A stretch of DNA of 64,000 bases from NCBI RefSeq assembly GCF_052425735.1, contig NC_135760.1, forward strand, positions 18,228,001 through 18,292,000, written 5' to 3'. Source of the DNA: Oculina patagonica. Lineage: Eukaryota. Below the pieces are notes generated by a model. The model was not told where the DNA came from. It saw only the letters and a program-made list of their open reading frames with translations, and made no database searches. A program made the position numbers and the translations under genes. This document shows positions 48,016 to 58,793 of this stretch, piece after piece (position 1 is the first letter of the stretch; every line of letters starts with the position of its first letter).

Positions 48016-48699
48016 CTACACGATCTGAGATGTTTCGCTAACACTGAAGTCGATTCGCCTACACAATTTATTTTCGAATTTGAAGACTTTATTTAAAGCA
48101 GAGCGTATTGCTTAAGGTCGCGAACAGTGACACTACTTACCAGTCACACGTCATGTTTGAGTAGGGAAGGAAGACAAGGCCTGGGACCGAGAAGTTCTCG
48201 CATCACGCACAGCGGTCTACGAAAAGAAATATTTTTTAAGCAAGACATGAGGCAAATGTGTTACTCTGATTGCTTTTCAAGTCGCAAGAACATCTTTTCA
48301 AGGAAAAGTATGGGACGGGTGAGCTGGTTTTACAATAAAGCTTACTACGTCTTCACACTTAAATAACTGTTATTTTGGTTCTAGATGGTTCTTTACCTAG
48401 TCTTTATATAGTTATTGACAACAGTTCTTTTCTGACTCTTTGTAGGCGAAACATCTTAGCTCGTACGCGTGTAGGCGAATCGACCGGATTCCAATTCTAT
48501 GCAGCTTTGATGGGACTTTGCACTACAATCGAAATGAAGGCTTAACTGGATTACACGAAATATTGAATGAATTATGAAGAAAATCTGCCTGAACGCACAA
48601 ACAAAAACATTTACCTGTAACGCCTCCTAAACGGTTTGGCATTCTGGGATAAGCAGGGTTCATTCCATGGACTAAAAAAATTACTTCAGGCACCCATTA

Positions 48700-48855
48700 C
48701 AGACTCGTACCCAGTCGCTTCTCTTGCTTTTTGAGCGGCGCGCAAGGCATCAAGGGAAGGACGAACTTATTTTGTTACTTTTTCTATGTTCTTCCCATCA
48801 ACCTCTTCGAACGTAGCGAAAACGAAAAAACGGGTAACGACTGGGTACGAGTCTG
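48700..48855. mobile_element. MITE with 9-bp TSD
   Basis: TIR CAGACTCGTACCCAGTCG / CGACTGGGTACGAGTCTG; TSD CACCCATTA/CGCCCATTA. Confidence 0.8.
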
Positions 48856-49769
48856 CGCCCATTACGCTATGAAAGTAGCTCTTAAATATGCTGAGCTGAT
48901 ATCTGGTCTATTTGCCTCCAAATCATCAAAAGTTTGTATGTGATACAGTTGAATCCCGATAACTCGAACCCCCCGCTAACCTTTTTCGATTCCCCTCCAG
49001 ATCATTTTCTTATTAATATTACCTTCGATAACTCGAACCCCCGATAATTCGAGTAATTACTGTTTGAACAGCTTAGACAAGGAAAAGATACAGATATTGG
49101 CAATTAGTATATAATTAATGTTCATGCACCGTGATTGGCTGCTTGAAATCGTAATTTCTTGCTCTCAGTATCCGCACCTGTCAACAGCTTGAGCTATAAA
49201 CATTTATGAACTCTCGGTCTGATGACTTGAATGAACAGAATGTGTACCATGATTTTCAGTACTAATACTACGTCTACTGACAGACCGAGTGACTCACGGA
49301 GCAAAAAGGTAACGCGGTATACGTATCCTGAAGCGACAAGGTTGGAGCATTGCTAAATGGGAAGTTACCTTATTATAGGAAATTATACTCCCTGAAAGGG
49401 CGCGCGAAAGAGAGATTTCAGGGACTGGACTAAGGAAATTAACACTCGTGTCAATGAAGGTATCTGAAATTAACGCGAATTGGAAGTAAGATTACTCCTG
49501 AATAACGGAAATTAACGCGAAAAAGGAGGTAAATTTTTAAAATGAAGGAAATTAACACGGCACAAGGAAGCGCAGTTTGTGGCGACAGCAAGAATAAATT
49601 TTATTTCATCATTGAATCTTTGGCCGAAATCATAAGAAGTTGACGTGTTAGTTGTTGAACTGCCCTTCTGAAAATAGGCATAAACTGGAAATATCGTAAA
49701 CAATATACCCATAGGATTTTACATCGCAAAGATTGAAATACACTTTTCCAATTTGGAGAAAAGAGAAAG

Positions 49770-50220
49770 TCAACTATGCCAGGACAGGATCCGGAATTTT
49801 CGGTGATATTAATGGAAATTAAGGTCGCGGAAATTAACGTTTTAGTAAATTAATGTCGCGGAACCTAAATTAACGCGATTATTTTAAATTCGCGTTAATT
49901 TCACGGAGCGTTAATTTCCTATTAATTTTAAGGTACATTCCTTGCAAAAGATTTCGAACGCTTTATTTCGGACGTTTAATTCTCGGACACCTTTAATCTC
50001 ATTTCGGACAAATTTCGGACACTGTTGAAACATGGCTAAAGTAAATTTACGCCTACAAAACACGAATTAGACTAAAAAAACATCTTTGAAAATAATAGTT
50101 TAACAATTAATAATAATCAACTATGCCAGGACAGGATCCGGAATTTTCGGTGATATTAATGCAATTAAGGTCGCGGAAATTAACGTTTTAGTTAATTAAT
50201 GTCGCGGAACCTAAATTAGT
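49770..50220 (+). repeat. ~100-bp direct repeat (49770-49872 and 50117-50218) within decayed AATTAACG-repeat transposon remnants
   Basis: TCAACTATGCCAGGACAGGATCCGGAATTTTCGGTGATATTAATG...GTCGCGGAACCTAAATTA occurs twice, nearly identical. Confidence 0.85.
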
Positions 50221-52445
50221 TTAACAATTCACCCTCAAAGATTCACTGAAACACTGACGCGAAAATAACACAACTACTATCAAGCCTTTGTGTGTCTCAA
50301 ACCATGTCTCAACTAGAGTTCGCGGCATAAACTAAAAGGAAACTTAAAGCTTTGGAGCTTAAAATGGCTTAATGATCTGCGACAAGATCTTCATAAGGAT
50401 CATTTGGTTCTAGTTCCTTAGTTACAGCTTCCACTATTTCTGCCATCTCAAAACCTTTCCTTGTCACATCGGGTTTGTTTGTGTACTTAAAACAGTTATA
50501 CTGTACTGTAAATTTGACTACTCAATTTGTAAACTGGCAACCCGGCATTTTTAACCTAGTGGTTATTTCGGGTTGTCAGATCTCCTAATCTTTAGCAATA
50601 AATTTATATAATAATACTGTATTTCAATTTAATGATAAGGAAATAAAGAGGATGTTGTTGTAAATATTTTGGACGCTTAAAAATTTCAGACGGTTTTATT
50701 TTCGGACACTTTTTTTGTCCGAAATTAAAATCGTCCGAAAAAATAGTAAAATAGTGCCCTGCCGATGCAAGAACATAACACACGACTCCGGCCGGGGTTC
50801 GAACCCGGTACTATTTTGGAAAAAATCATGCATTGCTTGGGATATCTCAAAATTTTATCTGACGTTAATATAGCATTGGAGTTCGCAGTGGCTGTTCAGA
50901 ATGGCAATAATTCAGGTGGTCACGAATGGGATTCAGTAAACTTTATAGTACCTTATCGCCAGTTTTTTTAAGATTAATTATTGTTGCCTTAGTTTTGGGT
51001 TGTAAGTGCGACTTCCTAGAATTATCAACCAGACAGCCGTACAAATGGAATGCACGTTTTCGCTCATATTTTGTCCATAGATAGGTCCTGGTGAGAAACT
51101 AAACGGACCGTAGTTAGTTTTACCTAATACATTTTCCTTTCGTAGAAATATGTCAAAAAAGATTTCGCCCCAATTTGGCTCAAAATCGACTTCCGGTTTG
51201 ACTGATTGTTTTGAAAATTTGATCGCCTCGCGCATTTTACTGCCGCTGTTTATGGATCTTTCAATAGTATTTATATTCTCTTTAGGTCTTGATTGTATAA
51301 CTGAGCGAAAAATAAAACAGTTCGAGATTAATTTTGAGCCTAGAATGGGGATAAAATGATAGGCAAAATTTGCAATTGGGTCGCGAGCGAAATTATGCAG
51401 TAAAACTTTGCCATTTTTTTCTATGTGCGATAACTTAAAATAACGTGAATATACATTTTATGGGTTAAAGAGACACCCATCTGATAGCATATCGTAAGAA
51501 ATCTCTGGGGAAAAGGTTTTAAGTGGCCCGCTTTGGCCTGTACTTATTACTAATTTCGCCGAAAATCTGCCGTTTTAGCGTGACAGGAATTACGTGACAA
51601 GGCTAGTAAAGCGCGAGGGAAATTATCTTTTTGAAACAAATACTTTCAAACAACCCAAGTATAAAAACGGTTATGTGCTGAACTCTTTGAAAAGGTAAAA
51701 GCAATAAGAGATTTTCCCTTTACCCGTTTTGAAATAATTGCGTGATCTTAACACGCTCTTTATCACAACATGCTAAACGGCTCGTCGGTAAGGTTTAACC
51801 TAGCGAAATTCTGTGTTAGTAGTTTTAAGCTGTTAACCCCTCGATCATTTTCAAAAGCCGGTCGTATAAATAGAAAGCATTCTCAGTTCAATTATAAAAC
51901 GTAACAACGAGTCAATATTGTTTGGTTTATTTCTTTACGTGATCTGAAGGGAACTAGCAAATAATTAAATTATAAGTATTTGCCGCCGGAGTGCAATGAT
52001 GTTGATTTTGTTCGTTGATGCGTTGTTGTTTCTTTTTGTATCAGATTGCCGATATTTTCCCAATTATTATCCTATAAGCGAAGCAAAAATATAAAGCAAA
52101 AAAATGTTGGCTAGAATTATTTACTAACAGGTATCAACACTGAAGGTATTACTGAGGACTATAAACACCTTTATGGTATAAGATCGAACAGAAAACATAC
52201 AATTGCCTTATAGCTTTTTAAGTTATATTCAGAGTTCTACGTTTTTTGCCCGAATAGTACATTTCAATGAACTGAAACTTCGGAAATGATTAGCGCCAGA
52301 ATTCAACGCAATATTTGGATCAGTCCTAAATAGATTTTACTTGCGATAAGCAAATTGTTAAATTAAATTAATTGTTAAATTAAGTTTGAAAACACGTCCT
52401 TATCCGACAATTCCTCACTTCAGTAAACACGACTCTTCGAACAAG

Positions 52446-55400
52446 ATGAATGCTTGTTGTTCTTTTAAGTCATTAGTTGGTGGTCAGTGCTCCTTTGATC
52501 GCAGAGACAGAAAGCAGTCAACGGAGATCGTCCCACTTTTATCGTGCACTAAAAATGTAGCACAACACAAGTCACTCTTTCAATTCCATGATGTGGAAAG
52601 TGAAATTGAGTTAATACTTGCTCGTGCGGCGATGTTTAACACTCCACAAAATGTCGACGTAATGACTGTTTGCCCATCACATCGCTCATCCCTTGGTCTC
52701 GGCTGGACAAGAGGAACCGAAAGATGTAGGGTCCCTCAAGATATATCTCTACATAAAATGGTGAGAGGAAAATATCCAAAAGCCGAAAGAGGGGTAAACA
52801 AGACCTTCTCGAAGAACGGGAAGAAGAACGGGACATTTGGTTCCCGTTGGATCAGGTATATATCGACTTCTCACTCGTGTTATCGCTTCTTGTCTTATAC
52901 AATACGTCTGATAGTTTCCTTCTGTTTGCATAAGGTATGTGCAGATCATGCAGGGAAATTTTGAGTTCAGCGTCCGAAGAAGAGAAGTTGTCAAAATTAG
53001 CAGCAAAGAACTCGCCTCCACTTGTCGACATAGATAACAAGGAAGAAGAAGTTGTTAGTCAAATGACAGAGTTGACATTCAGGGTAAGAAAACTGTGACA
53101 ATGATAAGCCTTTACTTAAAAGAAATCCATGGCGTTTTAAGCAAGTGTAAAATTTATTTATTCCGGACAGCAATGAGAAAATATATATAACAGGCATGCA
53201 CAGCACCTCTTGGGGGTGGGGGAAAGGGATACTTGGGCTTTCGAGTGACGGGGATGATCGAATGGGGGACACAATCAAACCTAGGGCTTACTTATCCTTA
53301 AAAGTTTCAGAATTAAAGGAGTAATAGTGTAACACAAAGAAAAAATGAAACAATTCACGATTAAGCATCAGAGCATGTTAAGAGCCTGTTTACATGAAAG
53401 ATTTGTTTTTAATTCAGCCCTCTTGTTATGATCTACAGTCAACTCTCACCTTACGGACACCCCGCTATAGCGGACACTCGATATTACGGACAAAATTCAG
53501 ATCCCCGCCGAAAGAGGTTTGACTGTAAATGACTCCCGCTATTACAGACTCTCGCCCGACCGCCCCCCCCCCCCCTGAGGGGGGTTACTCCCTCTTATGG
53601 CATAAAGGAGGAGGCTTCGCCCGAAAGGGGTACCTTTTTCATGCTTCAGGTATATATAAAAGGGTAGGGATTTCACAAGTTTTGGTACATGAAAGGGTAA
53701 AGACATCGGTCATTTAGGTTTTTAAAAGGGTCTTCAATTTAAATAATTATATTGAACAAACGCACCTTATAGCTTTATTTCTAAAATTTATTAAAAGCCA
53801 TGTAAAACTGACATCTAGAATTCCTGTTTTAGGCATATGTCATGCATGTGTTTTTTTGGTATATGAAAGGGATACCTTTTTTCAGTAAAAGGTATACAAA
53901 AGGGGTGCCTTTCTTGTCAATATGGTATATAAAAGGGTACTTTTTTGAGTAGCCCCCTTGGGATTCTCGCTATACCGAGCACTGAACGACGCCCCGAGCG
54001 TGTCCAGTAAAACGAGAGTTAACTCTACGTGGCAATAACATTTTGTAAAATGTAAATGTTGTTTTATAGTGGTCATGCACTTAGCTTCGAGATTGTCACT
54101 TTGTAAGTCTAAAAAATTTCAAACCCGAAAGTGTTCTCGCTGGGCTCAGCACAGAAATCCTTTGACAAATTTTCTAACAATGCCCCAGCAACACTTGATG
54201 TGCAGTGTTATTGTCAGCCTTCGGTATGGGTACAGCGATATACACTTACTTGAAAAAAATGAAAAATGAAAAGATAAGTTTGACCTACTGACTGATCGTT
54301 TGCTTGCTTGATTGATTGATTGACTGATGGATAATCTGACTGATTGACATGATGGCTCCAGTGTAACCACGTGACCAATATATCGCAAAACATAAATCGA
54401 AAATTTCGTTTCACAAAAATGTTTCAGCCGCCTCATTTTGATCGATTACTAAAGAAGGTTCAATCCCCCGCCATTCCGGTTGATCATAGGTTTATGACTA
54501 TTGGTCTTCATGTAGTTGTACGCGGCATTGCGCTTAGGGGCGTAAAATAGTAAAGTGGATTTATTTAAATTATCTCCCATTGCGTTTTTTAGGAAATCAG
54601 TACAGTAACAGACCAAAGTCATTTCACGAGTACCCCATTTACAGAGGCGAGGTCAAGCATGTTTTCACAAGCCGATACCCCTTTTGGAAGTCTGTATTTG
54701 CCTTCAGATACCGAAAGTCTTGATGACACCTGCCAAGACAGAACTCCTGTCGACAGGTCAAGATCTGCACTGAATGATTTTCTTGCGTCAAGAGACATAA
54801 GTCCTATTCGATCTTCTTTAAGGACAACCTGGGATGACGTCGGCGAAAGAACCAAACGTTACTATGTAAAGAAGGCGAGTGAGGCTGTAGCCGCCTCATT
54901 GGAAGTTATAGCTGGCGAAGATTCTGATAAATTGTGGGACAAACTGGTCTCTTCAAAGGCAATGAATCAGCATTTTCTCTCAACATCCTTAGAAACAGAA
55001 AAAGTCGATTCTGTTTTACTGGAATCTTTAGCAGAATGCTACAACAGTGCTACCCAGTGGGATACGCGTCGTCAGATATTGTCTATCATGGTTGACAAGA
55101 TCAGCTTTAAGTCTCTTCAAAGGTGGATTCCAAACCTCACACAGTATCGATTCAAGATTGCCAGACAGCATCTGCTGATCCATGGTAGAGGCTCTCCTGT
55201 TCCTAAACCTATCCAGAAGAGAATGTACGTTTCCCCGGAAATGGTTGACCACTTTATTTGTTTCATAACCAGTCAGCACATCATTCAAGATTTACCATTT
55301 GGACAGAAAAACCTTACTTTGAGTTCCGGTGAAGTGATCGCAGTACCCAATGTTATCAGGATGATGATTCCAGAACGTATAGCACAGCAATATCAAGAGT

Positions 55401-58128
55401 ACTGCAAGGAGTCAGGCATAACCTGCTTGAGCCGAAGCTCTTTGCTTCGAATTCTTGACGTCTGTTCTGCCTCCGTGAGGAAATCCTTACAAGGTCTGGA
55501 CTACATCACTGCTTCTGGCGCGAAAGCGTTTGAGGAACTTGAAATTGTGGCTGAGCGACTGGGTGAGCTTGGAATGGGTATGTCCTGGGCGAAACAAAGA
55601 AAGGAGCAACTGAAATTGGCCAAGCGTTACCTGAAAAGTGTCTTCACGGTAACGACAACAAATAACCCTTAAAACATTGCAACCCGGGGGGGGGGGGGGG
55701 TACTCCCTATAATGGCCTATACGGGGAGGCTCCGCCCTTTTTCAGGCTTCAGGTATATAAAAGGGTAGGGATTTCACAAGTTTAGGTATATGAAAGGGTG
55801 AGAAAATCTGTCATTTAGGTGTTTAAAAGGGCCTTTAATTAAAATATTTCGAACAGACGCAACTTATGGCTGTATCATTTAATTTTTTTTAGCGCTGCAT
55901 GAAATGACAATAAAACTTCCTGTTTTAAGTCTATGTGATGTCATGTAGGTATATGAAAGGGGTACCTTTTTTCAATAAAAGGTATATGAAAGGGGTGCCT
56001 TTTCTGTCAAAATGGTATATAAAAGGTTAAGGGGTCGGATCTCAGGGCGGAGCATCCCCGTATAAAACTTTTTGGAGTACCACCCCCCCCCCCCGGGCAT
56101 TGCAACAGCTTTGAGACTAACACGTGCTTGTTTTTATAGCGTAATTTCTCATACGATCCTCTTTGATTTTTTAAGGTACATGTTTCTGAGTCGTCGACTG
56201 TCCCAGACCATTGTAGATGTTTTGCGCTCAGTGATGCCAAATGTTCCGATTACCAGGGAGAGTGTAGTCATATCCATGATGGGGTGTGTGATCGTTGCAG
56301 CCTGGTGGAGGTGAGCATTGGAGAAATAGAAGACGCCCTTAAGCTAATTGCAACAGAAAGCGAAGAAATGGACGAGTTGACCTTTAACACTGAACAAGCA
56401 AGGCGTAGCATCAGTGCCGTGAAAGCTCACCTTCTTCGTGCAGTTAACCAAGATGAGGCCAGAGTCGATGTAATGGAAATGTTAGAGGAAAATTCTGTTT
56501 TCTTGGTCCAAGATTGGGCCATGAAGTTTCTTCCCAGAAAGTATAGAGAAAGTCAAAGCGACTGGTTTGCTAAGCGAGGGATACCTTGGCACATCACAGT
56601 GGCACTACAGCAGCGACCAAACCGACAAATCGAGACGATGGCATTCGTGCACATTTTTCAAGCTTGCGACCAGGACAGTCACTCAGTGCTTGGCATAATG
56701 GCGGATGTTCTCACAAAATTAAAGATTGGTATGCCAAACCTTGAATCAGTATTCTACAGACAGGACAACGCGGGGTGCTATCACTGTGCTTCGACCATTG
56801 TTGGTGCTAAAGTGGTAGCAGATAAAGCCGGTGTTACCTTAAAGAGAATGGATTTTTCAGATCCACAAGGTGGCAAGGGAGCATGTGACCGAAAAGCGGC
56901 GACCATTAAATCCCACATGCAAATCTACCTCAATGAAGGCAATGACATTGAAAATGCTGCTCAAATGAAGGCTGCCATCGAGTCTTTTGGTGGAGTTCCT
57001 GGTGTAGTTGTCACCTTGGCAGAAACGCCTCAGTTGCAAACGCAGAAAGCCGTCACATGGGAAGGTGTTAGTTTTGTTAACAACATCCAGTATGAAAGCG
57101 ATTGTTTGAGGGTGTGGAGGGCATACGGAATTGGCCAGGGAAAATTAATTCCTTGGAGCAAATTCCAGGTGACTGATAGCGATGGCGAACGTCACTTGCT
57201 TGTCGATATCGGAACTGATAATGAAAGGAGCACTCATTTGCTATTTGTCGATTTGAAACCTCGGAAGGTTAAATGCCCTGCAGAAGTTACCTCGTCTGAC
57301 GGCGATGATGACGGAAGTGCCAGCGACGAGGGAAACGCCAATTCTGGATTGTTTTCTTGTCCTGAAGAAGGTTGCATCATGACATATCAAAGATACTCCA
57401 GTCTTGAGCAACACCTTCAATGTGGAAAGCACAAACGTGCTTTGGAACAGGAGACACTTCTGGACAGAGTAATGCTAAGATATGCCTATGAGCTTGAAAA
57501 GGGTGTATCCAAAGTCGAGGAACTAGGCGATGTGGCGTGCCTTGGAAAAGATAGCAGTTGTGATGCTCAAAATCCTCCTATGTCCATGGGCTGGGCGCTC
57601 AAGAGTTCCTTTGTTGGGAAAAGGTTCAATTCCAATCAAAAAGATTACCTCATTAAGAAATTTGAGATAGGGCAAACAACTGGAAGAAAGCTTGACCCGG
57701 CTACTGTGTCCAAAGAAATGAGGACTGCCAAAGATTCCAATGGCAATCGTCTGTTCACATTCAGCGAATTCCTGACAACGCAGCAAATCCGGGGCTTTTT
57801 TTCCAGACTGGCTGCCAAACGAAGTGTTGATGTTGTGACCGAGGAAGACGAGGAAGAAGAGATCTGTGCGCGCCATGAAGAAGCGTTAAGTGAGATGCGC
57901 AGAGATGTGTCCAATTTCGTAGCTCTTCAGCATCCCATTATGCATGACACTTATAACATCTGCGAGCTTGCCTCCAGTGGCAAACTTGCAGCTACTTTTC
58001 GTGTTACCGTTTTGCGCGACATCTGCATCTTTCTAGGCATTGATGTTTCAAATGTCACGATAACCCGCAAGAAGCCTTACATCGATAAGCTTCAAGAGGT
58101 GGTGAAGTCTTGTACCTGCTACAAGTGA
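52446..58128 (+). CDS. Sola3-type DDD transposase with C2H2 zinc finger (~1188 aa if one frameshift is repaired); exons 52446-52855, 52935-53083, 54593-55648, 56176-58128
   Basis: Canonical GT-AG junctions. Motifs QDLPFG, ASVRKSLQGLDY, YLKS..|VHVS..DHCR.FALSD, VQDWAMKFLP.KYRESQSDWFAKRGIPWH, RQDNAGCYH and GKGACDR (three putative catalytic Asp), and CPEEGC-x12-H-x4-H finger. One extra base near 52836-52838 breaks the frame before LVPVGS|GMCRSCR. Confidence 0.85.
53436..54025. mobile_element. Tigger/pogo-type MITE in transposase intron 2, containing a nested CCCGG-family MITE (53556-53962)
   Basis: TA|CAGTCAACTCTCACCTTACGGACAC...GTGTCCAGTAAAACGAGAGTTAACTC|TA. The nested element is flanked by ACTCTCGC/ATTCTCGC. 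Confidence 0.75.
55683..56097 (+). mobile_element. CCCGG/G-run MITE family copy in transposase intron 3
   Basis: CCCGGG...GTACTCC / GGAGTACCACCC...CCCGGG termini with perfect 8-bp TSD CATTGCAA (55675-55682, 56098-56105). Confidence 0.9.
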
Positions 58129-58609
58129 AAGCCTACAAAGAAGCCGCATTTTCTCCGTCCAATGTTAAAGTATTGACAAATACGTTATCTCATCATTTAA
58201 AGAAGACCATTTTGTAACAGTATTAAGTATTAAGTAGAAGCTTTCTCGTTGTCTTTAAAATAGTTAAAAATATTAGCACCCTGCTCCACACTCCTTTCAG
58301 ATATTTTATCTTCCACAATCTGGTTGCCTTGACCCCACCCGGCTCCAGCCTTGTTTAAAAAGTACAAACTTTCAAGCTAAGCCCTGCTTAAAACAGGCTT
58401 AGAGCGTTAGAGGGGGGGGGGGGGGGAGGGCTTTCACAATGAAATATCACCCAAATGCGTCAGGAAACGCTATGTGTAGACAGCAAAAGGGGAACAAAGG
58501 GGACGCCAAAGAAGCGGTGAAGAAGGTGGGCCTTTCCCTTCCTATAAGAGGGATGGGATGTGGAGTCTAGTAGGTACTGCTAAAAAAGCTATTTTTCTCC
58601 GCTTTATCA

Positions 58610-58793
58610 ACAGCGAGGTAACATGGCTACAAATATAATGTGTTTTTAATATGAAAGACTTATTGGCAATATCTAGCGATATTGGTGCTTCCCATGTTAT
58701 GATCATGATAACTTGACCCAAAAGAAACCTTACATCGATAAGCTTCAAGGGGTAATGAAGTCTGGTACCTGCTTCAAGTGAAAACCGGCAAAG
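58610..58793 (+). pseudogene. Degenerate duplicate of the transposase 3' end
   Basis: AAGAAACCTTACATCGATAAGCTTCAAGGGGTAATGAAGTCTGGTACCTGCTTCAAGTGAAAACC (~58722-58786) matches AAGAAGCCTTACATCGATAAGCTTCAAGAGGTGGTGAAGTCTTGTACCTGCTACAAGTGAAAGCC (~58069-58133). Confidence 0.8.

Noticed and set aside
56857-57914. Antisense ORFs inside the transposase
   Set aside because: Short shadows of the + strand coding sequence with no recognisable motifs.
56284-58128. Stand-alone host C2H2 zinc-finger gene or viral ORF
   Set aside because: It has no ATG start of its own, is in frame with the acceptor at 56176, carries DDD motifs and lies within TIRs, so it is transposase exon 4.
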